A program made the translations under genes and the position numbers. The notes below the pieces were generated by a model. That model did not search any database. It was not told the origin of the DNA and was given only the letters and a program-made list of their open reading frames with translations. 64,000 nt of DNA, taken from assembly GCA_902587025.1 (NCBI GenBank), contig CACIJJ010000002.1, positions 23,473-87,472 of the forward strand, read 5' to 3'. Shown in pieces: positions 49,956 to 57,708 of the stretch. Origin of the DNA: an uncultured Candidatus Actinomarina sp. Lineage in GTDB: Bacteria > Actinomycetota > Acidimicrobiia > Actinomarinales > Actinomarinaceae. Numbering within the stretch: position 1 is the first letter of the stretch; each line of letters starts with the position of its first letter.

Positions 49956-50641
49956 TCATTTTTATATTTTTTTCTAATTTTTACTAGATCTCTAAGCATT
50001 ACTATTGAGTCTTTAATTAATGAGACAGAAGAATTTCTATTAAAATTATATTTAATTGGTACTTCTTGTATTTCTAACCCTATTTCTTTACAAGCTTGAA
50101 TTAAATCTACATCAAAAGAAAACCCTGAAAAAGTTAACCGTTCTGAAATTTTTTGAATTTTATCGCTGTGTAAATATTTGAAACCACATTGTGTATCTTT
50201 GATATCTATATTAAACATTTTTCTTACTATAAAATTAAAAACTTTTCCGGCTAAAACCCTTCTAATTGGTGTATTAATCTCATTGCCTAGACTTCTTGAA
50301 CCAATTAATAAATGATAATTTTTTTTAGAAAGCCAATCAGGATTAAACTCTTTGATGTCTGTAGATAAATCTGCATCTAATATTAGAACTTTATCAAACT
50401 TACAATTTTGTAAGCCTTTTTTAACAGCTGCGCCCTTACCTTTTATGTATTCATTAAGTAACAACACGTATTGCGGATTAACTAAACTATGTATTTTCTC
50501 AACAGTGCTGTCTGTTGATTTATTATTTACTATTAATATCTCACCTTCGCATTTGTTTTCCAGCATCCATTCTTGAACTCTTTTAATACTATCGACAATT
50601 ATTTCTTCTTCGTTGAAGCAGGGTATAACTATACTTATCAT
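49940..50641 (-). CDS. GT2 glycosyltransferase, polyprenol-phosphate sugar synthase (DPM1/ArnC-like)
   Basis: ISIVIPCFNEEEII, then LIVNNKSTDST, then LILDADLS. Confidence 0.75.
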   Translation of the reverse strand: MISIVIPCFNEEEIIVDSIKRVQEWMLENKCEGEILIVNNKSTDSTVEKIHSLVNPQYVLLLNEYIKGKGAAVKKGLQNCKFDKVLILDADLSTDIKEFNPDWLSKKNYHLLIGSRSLGNEINTPIRRVLAGKVFNFIVRKMFNIDIKDTQCGFKYLHSDKIQKISERLTFSGFSFDVDLIQACKEIGLEIQEVPIKYNFNRNSSVSLIKDSIVMLRDLVKIRKKYKNDYLPR

Positions 50642-50763
50642 TAATACTTTAATTTAAAACTTTGTTCAAAAACAGAAACTATTGTCGGATATATTCATGA
50701 ACAATTATTACACAAAATAAAAATTTAAATAAAAGTAGTGAAGTTTTTTTATAAATTTATTTT

Positions 50764-50807
50764 GTAGGCGCTATAGGATTTGAACCTTTGACTTCTTTTT
50801 TGTAAGG
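50764..50807 (-). repeat. degenerate att-like copy 3 of tRNA-Val 3' half
   Basis: gtaggcgctataggatttgaacctttgacttcttttttgtaagg has about 5 mismatches to tRNA-Val 55281-55324. It is followed by a degenerate agaaccatt...tttatgagttcattgat stretch resembling the long flank repeat. Confidence 0.6.
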
Positions 50808-50900
50808 ATAGAACCATTGACACCAGACTAACTTTATGAGTTCATTGATGTTTGTGATAACGACCCAATACTGAAAGTTTATTTTAACTTTGTGTGTCTT

Positions 50901-51030
50901 TTTTCTATATATATGTAAAGATTTTTGTACAAAATCAGCCAAAGTGCCAATTTTTCTATATATATGAAAAGATTTTTGTACAAAATCAGCCAAAGTGCCA
51001 ATTTTTCTATATATATGTAAAGATTTCTCA
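50901..51030. repeat. ~51-bp tandem repeat, about 2.5 copies
   Basis: ttttctatatatatgtaaagatttttgtacaaaatcagccaaagtgccaat appears at 50901-50951 and 50952-51002, with a partial third copy running into att copy 2. Confidence 0.8.
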
Positions 51031-51220
51031 AAAAACTCTTATGAGCGCTACAGGATTTGAACCTGTGACTTCTTCCTTGTAAGGAAAGAACCATTAAATA
51101 CTAGGTAGTATCAGAAAGTATCAGTTTATAGAGTCAATGAACTTAAGCTTACACAAAAAGATATCAGAGGCTATCAGAGAGTATCTACAGTTTTAGAAAA
51201 TTTTGGTGTCTTTTAGGTGT
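51008..51220. repeat. ~215-bp direct repeat, copy A (att plus flanks, TATCAGA motifs, GTGTCTTTT doublet)
   Basis: About 90% identical to 51798-52003. Contains tatatatgtaaagatttct, the tRNA-Val 3' half, aaagaaccattaaatactaggtagta, 5 TATCAG(A) motifs, and ggtgtcttttaggtgtctttt. Confidence 0.8.
51046..51084 (-). repeat. att-like copy 2 of tRNA-Val 3' half (exact)
   Basis: gcgctacaggatttgaacctgtgacttcttccttgtaagg matches 55285-55324 exactly. Confidence 0.9.
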
Positions 51221-51734
51221 CTTTTATAATTTTTTGTGCCTGAGATCTCACAGCTTTTCTTTCATCATTCTTTAACTGTCTTGCGATACTTATAACATTT
51301 GACTTCAATATTTCGTCTGAATTGGATAATTTTTCTAGAAGTTTTAAACCTTGAGCAAGTATCATCCAGTCTTTACTATTTTCCACCCAACTCATTGCAT
51401 TTTTACTAATAACTTTGTATTCTTTATCGTCAAAATATGAAATGAAATCATAATAAATTGTAATAAGCCCAAGTTTGACTACATTATGTTCAGACTCTGA
51501 AAACTCATCTATGAATCTTTTTTTATTTTCAACAAAAATTTGATTATTACCTTTTATTATTCTTTTTGTTGCATTCATAGCTCTCATTGCAACTAAAGAA
51601 TTGTTAGAAAAAAAACATAAGAATAATTTATCAATTTCTTTTATATTATTTTGAATATGTTCTACTACTTTTAATGTCTCTCCAAGTGAGTTTTGTTTTC
51701 CTTTGCTTAACTCAAATTCAAAATCTAATTCCAT
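51213..51734 (-). CDS. hypothetical protein (alpha-helical, HEAT/ARM-like?), cassette cargo
   Basis: 173-aa ORF flanked on both sides by the roughly 215-bp direct repeats. No recognisable motif. Confidence 0.4.
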   Translation of the reverse strand: MELDFEFELSKGKQNSLGETLKVVEHIQNNIKEIDKLFLCFFSNNSLVAMRAMNATKRIIKGNNQIFVENKKRFIDEFSESEHNVVKLGLITIYYDFISYFDDKEYKVISKNAMSWVENSKDWMILAQGLKLLEKLSNSDEILKSNVISIARQLKNDERKAVRSQAQKIIKDT

Positions 51735-51797
51735 AACTAAATGTATATTACCAAATGAAACTCTACAGAGGTGGTGTCTTCTAGGTGTCTTTTGGGT

Positions 51798-52003
51798 ATA
51801 TATATAAAGATTTCTGATAAACCCTTGTGGGCGCTACAGGATTTGAACCTGTGACTTCTTCCTTGTAAGGAAAGAACCATTAAATACTAGGTAGTACCAG
51901 AGAGTATCAATTTATAGAGTCAATGAACTTAAGCTCTTACAAAAAGATATCAGAAGTTATCAGATAGTGTCTACAGTTATAGAAAATTTGTGTGTCTTTT
52001 GTG
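51798..52003. repeat. ~215-bp direct repeat, copy B
   Basis: tatatataaagatttctgataaacccttgtg, then an exact tRNA-Val 3' half (51828-51870), then aaagaaccattaaatactaggtagtaccagagagtatcaatttatagagtcaatgaactt...tgtgtgtcttttgtgtgtcttt. Confidence 0.8.
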
Positions 52004-52049
52004 TGTCTTTTTATTTTCATACATTATTGCTAGCTATTAATATTTAGAT

Positions 52050-52361
52050 ATGTTCATAAAAAAGAAATCAAAAAAGTTAAAAGTAGAATTTAAAAATATA
52101 CAGACCGATCTTTTAAAAATTAATAAGAAGATTTGTGATCTTTACCAAAAAGTAAATCATCTTAACCTAGAAGAGTTGAGAGAAGAGATAAAAGATTTAC
52201 TAGAGTTTTCAGAAATACAAATAATTAATGAACACAAAGGTTACGATAATTGCTTTACAACATCAAATGGTAAGGAAAATATAATCAATAGGCCAGCTTT
52301 TGTTGATAAATATGGAAATTGTCTTGTACAGGGCTACAGAGAAGTAAAAGAAAAAATCTAA
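52050..52361 (+). CDS. hypothetical small protein, first gene of Hsp70-like operon
   Basis: 103 aa, Lys-rich. Stop lies 5 nt before the ATG of the next gene. Confidence 0.4.
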   Translation: MFIKKKSKKLKVEFKNIQTDLLKINKKICDLYQKVNHLNLEELREEIKDLLEFSEIQIINEHKGYDNCFTTSNGKENIINRPAFVDKYGNCLVQGYREVKEKI

Positions 52362-52366
52362 CTTTA

Positions 52367-54619
52367 ATGAGCAAACAGGCTTTAGGTTTTGATTTTGGTA
52401 CTACTAACTGTACTGTGTCAATTTTTGATAGTGAAGAAGGAATTGCAAAAACACTTCCTATCTCAAATTTTTCAGAGTCAAAGAAAAAGAGTTTAGCTAA
52501 TCAATCATTATTTCCATCAAAAGTTGGTCTTAATAATGATTTTGAATATGTATTTGGTGATGATACAAAAAAATGTGAGCGAGATTTTGTATGGGACAAT
52601 TCCAAAAGATTACTAGAACACAACACTCCAATTTATAGGGGAGGAGTTCATAAAAAACCTATCTGGGTTGCAATAGGTATCATTGCTGGAGTTTTTAAGG
52701 AATTAAAAAATTTATCGATAAAAACTTCATCACCTATGGTAATTACGGTTCCTGCAAACTCTTATAGTGTGCAAAGAAGTCTTACTAGATTAGCTGCTGA
52801 AGCATTTAACTTTAATGTAGATCAATTAGTTTCTGAACCATGCGCAGCAGCTTTAGGTTGTTTCAACTACATTAAAAACTTAAAACATATTTTGATAGTT
52901 GATGTAGGAGGTGGAACAACAGATATTGCTTTATTAGAAAATGATTTTGGGACCTTAAAAGAGATTGAAATTGAAGGCTTGAAAAGATTTGGTGGAATAA
53001 ATATTGATCAAAAACTATTCGACACTTATAAATACGAAGTTGAATTATCGACTGATTCAGAAACATTACTCTTTAGAGATTTACTGGAAGACGTAAAAAT
53101 AGAACTATCAACTAAAAAGAAATCTAAGTTAATTTTTAAAGATCAGGTAATCGAAATTACTAGAGATAGTATTGAAAAATTAATAGAAAAAGATATTGAA
53201 AATTTAGATAAAACTATTGATAGAGTACTTAAAAAGGGAAATGTCGAAGTAAAAAATATAGAGGCTGTTTTACCTATTGGAGGCTCATCTAATATTCCTG
53301 CAATAAGAAATCTTTTGAAAAAAAAGTTTAAATCCAGGTTTATTAATCTTAATTTTGAAGAATCAATAACTGCTGTTGCAAATGGAGCAGCAACAGCTTC
53401 AGCCATAAATGCAAAAATTATTGATAATCTAAGTTTTAAACAGTGTCTAGAACATAGTGTTGGCCTTAGGGTGTGGAGCGGCACTAAAGAAAATAAGATT
53501 TTTAAAGCAATACTTGAAAAAGGATCAGTATTTCCAGCATCAGCAGTAGAAACATTTATCTCGGATACAGATGAATCTGTAGTTGCTTTGTATGAAAGTA
53601 CTTCAGGTAAATTAAAAAATAATGATACAAAATTAATTATTGAAAAAAGAATAAAAACTGGTGTTATGCATGTTGATGTTGAGCTCACCTATGATGACGA
53701 TGGAAAAATAGATATTAAGACATACAACATAAATAAAGGAGAACGTGGAAAATTAGGAGACTTGGGAGACAGTACTGAGGATTCTCAAGGGTATATAAAG
53801 AATTTGCAATCAAAATCTCGTAAGCAAGGAATGGATTTAAAAATTGACAATATAAATTACATAGATTCACAATTAACCCAAAAAAAATTAAAAGAATGGT
53901 CGAATGAGTTTTTAGGGAAGTATAAAAAATATAAAAAAGTATCAAAAAAAGTTAAAAATATATTCAAAAAAGAATTTAAAGATGAATTTGTTTCAATTAA
54001 TAAGGAAAATATTTCTGAAGCAATATTTAAAGTGAGAACAGAACTCGATTTTGGTAGTACTAATGATGCATTTATGTTCGCAAGAGGTATTTTGAAACAT
54101 TCTTTAAGGGTGGTGTTTAATATTGCAGGTTATGAAAAACTTCATCACTTTCAAAGTATTCATAAATTATTAGGAGAAAGAGACGTTGTGTATCAAACAA
54201 CACAGAAGCTTTTACCAGAACAACCTCTTGAAGATATTAGGTGGTTAATAAAAGTTCTTCAGAAATCTAGATATTTAAAGAACTTAGGACACACAAATAC
54301 TCAAGAAGTTAGAGACAGTCTTGAATCATTAAGAACAATCTTAAATAAATTTAGTCATGGTGTTCGTTCAAGTTTTTTTGGATTATTTACAGATTCATTA
54401 GATGAATACGATTCTTCAATTGAAAGTAACATACTAAATGCTGTTTATAAAGAATCTAAATATACACCCCAGGATGTTGTCCTACTGGCCTCTAACGTAG
54501 TCTATTTATTAACTTCTCTAATTAATACAGAAGAATATAAGGGAAAAGATAGAGAAAATCTTATGAAAATGCTAGAAAGTATGCTTGCTTTAGAACAGAC
54601 ATATAAAGATGATTTTTAA
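52367..54619 (+). CDS. atypical Hsp70-family ATPase (DnaK-like NBD + SBD-beta-like region + ~290-aa unique alpha-helical C-terminal domain)
   Basis: LGFDFGTTNCTVSIF (phosphate-1), ILIVDVGGGTTDIALL (phosphate-2), VLPIGGSSNIPAIRNLL (adenosine). No EEVD. The C-terminal half is unrelated to the DnaK lid. The track ORF starts at 52319, but the internal ATG at 52367 follows the upstream stop. Confidence 0.65.
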   Translation: MSKQALGFDFGTTNCTVSIFDSEEGIAKTLPISNFSESKKKSLANQSLFPSKVGLNNDFEYVFGDDTKKCERDFVWDNSKRLLEHNTPIYRGGVHKKPIWVAIGIIAGVFKELKNLSIKTSSPMVITVPANSYSVQRSLTRLAAEAFNFNVDQLVSEPCAAALGCFNYIKNLKHILIVDVGGGTTDIALLENDFGTLKEIEIEGLKRFGGINIDQKLFDTYKYEVELSTDSETLLFRDLLEDVKIELSTKKKSKLIFKDQVIEITRDSIEKLIEKDIENLDKTIDRVLKKGNVEVKNIEAVLPIGGSSNIPAIRNLLKKKFKSRFINLNFEESITAVANGAATASAINAKIIDNLSFKQCLEHSVGLRVWSGTKENKIFKAILEKGSVFPASAVETFISDTDESVVALYESTSGKLKNNDTKLIIEKRIKTGVMHVDVELTYDDDGKIDIKTYNINKGERGKLGDLGDSTEDSQGYIKNLQSKSRKQGMDLKIDNINYIDSQLTQKKLKEWSNEFLGKYKKYKKVSKKVKNIFKKEFKDEFVSINKENISEAIFKVRTELDFGSTNDAFMFARGILKHSLRVVFNIAGYEKLHHFQSIHKLLGERDVVYQTTQKLLPEQPLEDIRWLIKVLQKSRYLKNLGHTNTQEVRDSLESLRTILNKFSHGVRSSFFGLFTDSLDEYDSSIESNILNAVYKESKYTPQDVVLLASNVVYLLTSLINTEEYKGKDRENLMKMLESMLALEQTYKDDF

Positions 54620-55196
54620 AAAAAGAAAAATTCAAAAAATTATTTCACTTCACAAAGATGAGATAGCTGATTTAGAAGATGAATATAGGGAAAAACTAAA
54701 ACTTTTGAAAATTGAGGCTGATAATCATTTGGATAAAGAAATTACCAAATATAAAGAAAAATTAGCAAAAGAACAGAATCAAAAAGCTGATTCTGAAAAG
54801 CAAAAGCTACAAACTAAACATGATAAAGAAATCAAACATTTGATCAACGAATATGAAAAACAAAAAATCTTAGAACTTGAAAAGTTAGAAAAAAAATTTC
54901 GAGACTCTGATGTTTTCACAAAGAAGTTACAAAAGTATTTTTCTGATGAACTTGGCAGAGAGTATCAAGATGTTTCATTTAAAGAGCTTGAAGAAGATTT
55001 GAAAAATGATTTAAAAGAGATTGTATATGAAATTAACGATTTAAATAAGCAAGTTGATGATAGCAAGGATAAACTTTTACAATTTAATGAACTTGCTAAA
55101 GAAATAAATTATTTAGAAGAAGAAATAGGAATTAAACGTAATGAACTTTATGAAATCAAGCAGGCAATCAAAGAACTAAAAAAAGAAGGTAATTAA
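54609..55196 (+). CDS. coiled-coil protein (Lys/Glu-rich), third gene of Hsp70-like operon
   Basis: 195 aa with heptad-like KE-rich repeats throughout. Overlaps the preceding gene by 11 nt. Confidence 0.45.
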   Translation: MIFKKRKIQKIISLHKDEIADLEDEYREKLKLLKIEADNHLDKEITKYKEKLAKEQNQKADSEKQKLQTKHDKEIKHLINEYEKQKILELEKLEKKFRDSDVFTKKLQKYFSDELGREYQDVSFKELEEDLKNDLKEIVYEINDLNKQVDDSKDKLLQFNELAKEINYLEEEIGIKRNELYEIKQAIKELKKEGN

Positions 55197-55220
55197 TTTT
55201 TGCATATTCAAAAAGTAATT

Positions 55221-55279
55221 TGTGTGTCTTTTGTGTGTCTTTTTACTATATATATGTAAAGATTTCTGAAAAACCCTTG
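55221..55279. repeat. conserved tRNA-Val 3' flank (GTGTCTTTT doublet + tatatatgtaaagatttctgaaaaacccttgtg)
   Basis: Same sequence module that precedes each att copy at 51775-51827 and, less well, at 51008-51045. Confidence 0.7.
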
Positions 55280-55353
55280 TGGGCGCTACAGGATTTGAAC
55301 CTGTGACTTCTTCCTTGTAAGGGAAGCGCTCTGCCAGACTGAGCTAAGCGCCC
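55280..55353 (-). tRNA. tRNA-Val (anticodon TAC)
   Basis: The reverse complement folds as GGGCGCT-TA-GCTC-AGTCTGGCA-GAGC-G-CTTCC-CTTACAA-GGAAG-AAGTC-ACAGG-TTCAAAT-CCTGT-AGCGCCC-A. Confidence 0.85.
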
Positions 55354-55368
55354 CAATTACAAATAATA

Positions 55369-57006
55369 TTAGTCTTTAAAAATAACATATGAAAAATAAT
55401 TATCTTTTAAAACATTTTTATTTCTTACGCAATCTAAATTAATCCAACACTGATCACCAACCTCAGGCAGAACACCGTATCCAAAAGAGTTGGTGATATA
55501 GTTAATTTGCTGTGGTTTGATATCAACTATTTTTAGATTATTAAAATTTTCAAGAAGAACAAAATAATTATTTAGTTGTGGAACAAGTCCCACAACTACC
55601 AAGTAGAAGGTAATAATACTTTTATAATATTTTTTTTTGAGACTATTTTTTCTGTCTCCTTTGAAAATGCTAGATAAAAATAATACAAACATTAGAAATA
55701 TACCAATTCCCATCCTTATCCCAGGTGCTGAAACAATCCAAACTAAAAAGCTAAAAGCTGTATAAACAAAAGTTACAGCTAAATATACATCTTTCTGTTC
55801 TTTAAAAATTTTTTGAGTTATTATCAATAAAAGCAAAATTGCAAATATTGTCAAAGAATAGTTTTTTATAACTACTGAATTTATATCTTTTGAAAGCCAA
55901 AGCTCCGGCCAATTAAAAAAATTATTTTTGTTGAGTGCTATGTGAAAATTTTTTAAAACATCAGATTCAACCCCAGCTTTTGAGTACCCACTTTGAGATG
56001 ACCATTTAAAATAATTAAAACATGAAATCTTTACTGGATATATTAAGCAACTAGAAGTGATTAAATTTTTTATAAGAAAAGAAAATCCAAAAAAAATAAG
56101 TAATAGTGAGTTATTTAAAAAATAAGTAAAAGTTTGATAAAGCTTGTACTTATACAATACAACTATTAGAAATGCCAAAAACGCAATAGCACCTAAGATT
56201 CTCATTTGAGTTGCAAATAGAGTTAAAGTAAACAATAAATTAATTTCAGAATTTTTTGGTGGAAATTTATCTTCTTTTAAATAGCAAATTAAGAAAAAGC
56301 TTGAAATTATAAATAAAATTGCAAATGGACTGTCTTGTTTTCCTATAGCTTCAATTTCTATAAACCCATTTTTACCACCTCCGAAACCAAAATTATCTAA
56401 AAATCCATAAATTAGAACCGCATATCCAAATTTATAGTGATTAGTAAAAAGAAGTAAATATATAAACTGGAAAAAAACAACTATAAATATTATGTTTACA
56501 AAATGTAAGATTAGAAAATTATTGTCTAACCAAAAGTTTGCATTTATATATTCAATTATTGAGGAATAGCCATAACGCATATGGTTATTTGCTAATCCAA
56601 AAACAATTTTCGAGCTTCTTAACCAATTTTGATGATTTAAATGATAAAGCCCAGCATCATAAGCTAGATTTGTATTTAAAGAGCTAATACCTAAAATTAC
56701 AGGAGTAGCAATATATAGAATTAAATTATTTAATTTAAACGATTGCTTATTTAAATTATCAAATTTCTTGAGGTTATATACAACTGGAATTAATGTAATG
56801 AAAACTAAAAATAAGGAATTTATGTTGTAAAAAAAGTTGTATATAACAGAAAAATTTCCGATAAAAAACAACCCTATAATGGGATAAAAAATATTGCTTT
56901 TAATACCAAAATAGTCCCTAGCTTCATATTTAAAGAGATAAAAATAACCACGACCTACAAAATATATATAGAAATAAAAAATTAAAAATAAAAATATTGT
57001 TATCAT
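55369..57006 (-). CDS. polytopic membrane protein, possible GT-C-type glycosyltransferase
   Basis: 545 aa with more than 12 TM segments. Divergent from, and 9 nt away from, a DPM1-like GT2. Confidence 0.45.
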   Translation of the reverse strand: MITIFLFLIFYFYIYFVGRGYFYLFKYEARDYFGIKSNIFYPIIGLFFIGNFSVIYNFFYNINSLFLVFITLIPVVYNLKKFDNLNKQSFKLNNLILYIATPVILGISSLNTNLAYDAGLYHLNHQNWLRSSKIVFGLANNHMRYGYSSIIEYINANFWLDNNFLILHFVNIIFIVVFFQFIYLLLFTNHYKFGYAVLIYGFLDNFGFGGGKNGFIEIEAIGKQDSPFAILFIISSFFLICYLKEDKFPPKNSEINLLFTLTLFATQMRILGAIAFLAFLIVVLYKYKLYQTFTYFLNNSLLLIFFGFSFLIKNLITSSCLIYPVKISCFNYFKWSSQSGYSKAGVESDVLKNFHIALNKNNFFNWPELWLSKDINSVVIKNYSLTIFAILLLLIITQKIFKEQKDVYLAVTFVYTAFSFLVWIVSAPGIRMGIGIFLMFVLFLSSIFKGDRKNSLKKKYYKSIITFYLVVVGLVPQLNNYFVLLENFNNLKIVDIKPQQINYITNSFGYGVLPEVGDQCWINLDCVRNKNVLKDNYFSYVIFKD

Positions 57007-57015
57007 CTAATTTAA

Positions 57016-57708
57016 ATGTATACGTTAGACGTAATTGTACCATTTTTTAATGAAGAAGTTTTCCTCAAAGAGTCTGTTGGTAGGTTGTTAAAAACTAGTA
57101 TTCATACAAATATATATTTAGTTGACAATAATTCTGATGATAATTCTCCAGAAATTGCAAAAAAATTATCAAAAGACAGAGAAGATGTTCATTATGTAAA
57201 AACACCAGAAGTGTCTGGTAAGGGATTTGGAATACAAACAGTAATGCCATATTTAAAATCGTCTCATGTTGTGATCCACGATGCAGACCTTGAATACTTT
57301 CCAGAAGATATTATTGAAATGTTTGATTTAGCAAAACAAAATCAAAAATCTTTAATTCTAGGTTCACGATTTATTGGATCAAAAATAAGACAAAATATCT
57401 ATTTGAGAACATTTATAGCAAATAGAGTTATGTCATTATTTTTTTCTTTAGTAAATTTTTACAGAATTTCAGATGTAGCATCATGTTATAAATTGATGCC
57501 CGTAGAGTTTCTAAAAAATATAGACCTTAAAGAAAAGGGATTTTCAATAGAGATTGAACTACTCTCCAAATTTTTAAAATTCAACAGATCTGTTTTAGAA
57601 GTACCTATTTCATATGAAGGCAGATCATATGCAGATGGAAAAAAGATAAAAGCAACAGATGGGTTACAGTATTTGTTTAATACAATTAAATACAGGTTTA
57701 TAAATTAA
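57016..57708 (+). CDS. GT2 glycosyltransferase, polyprenol-phosphate sugar synthase (DPM1/ArnC-like)
   Basis: LDVIVPFFNEEVFL, then YLVDNNSDDNS, then HDADLEY. Confidence 0.75.
   Translation: MYTLDVIVPFFNEEVFLKESVGRLLKTSIHTNIYLVDNNSDDNSPEIAKKLSKDREDVHYVKTPEVSGKGFGIQTVMPYLKSSHVVIHDADLEYFPEDIIEMFDLAKQNQKSLILGSRFIGSKIRQNIYLRTFIANRVMSLFFSLVNFYRISDVASCYKLMPVEFLKNIDLKEKGFSIEIELLSKFLKFNRSVLEVPISYEGRSYADGKKIKATDGLQYLFNTIKYRFIN

Noticed and set aside
50901-51030. Possible CRISPR array
   Set aside because: Only about 2.5 contiguous repeat units, with no unique spacers between them and no cas genes. It is a simple tandem duplication.
50757-51094. Three small ORFs (50757-50993 -, 50879-51094 -, 50894-51082 +) with repetitive peptide sequences
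   Set aside because: They read through the 51-bp tandem repeat and att copies. The repetitive translation is an artefact of the repeats, not coding signal.
53143-53945. 181-aa and 76-aa minus-strand ORFs
   Set aside because: Antisense inside the Hsp70-like CDS. Low-complexity translation with no start context.
52367-54619. Housekeeping dnaK
   Set aside because: It lacks the canonical lid and EEVD tail, has a unique 290-aa C-terminal domain, is not flanked by grpE/dnaJ, and sits in a mobile cassette. It is treated as an atypical Hsp70 paralog instead.
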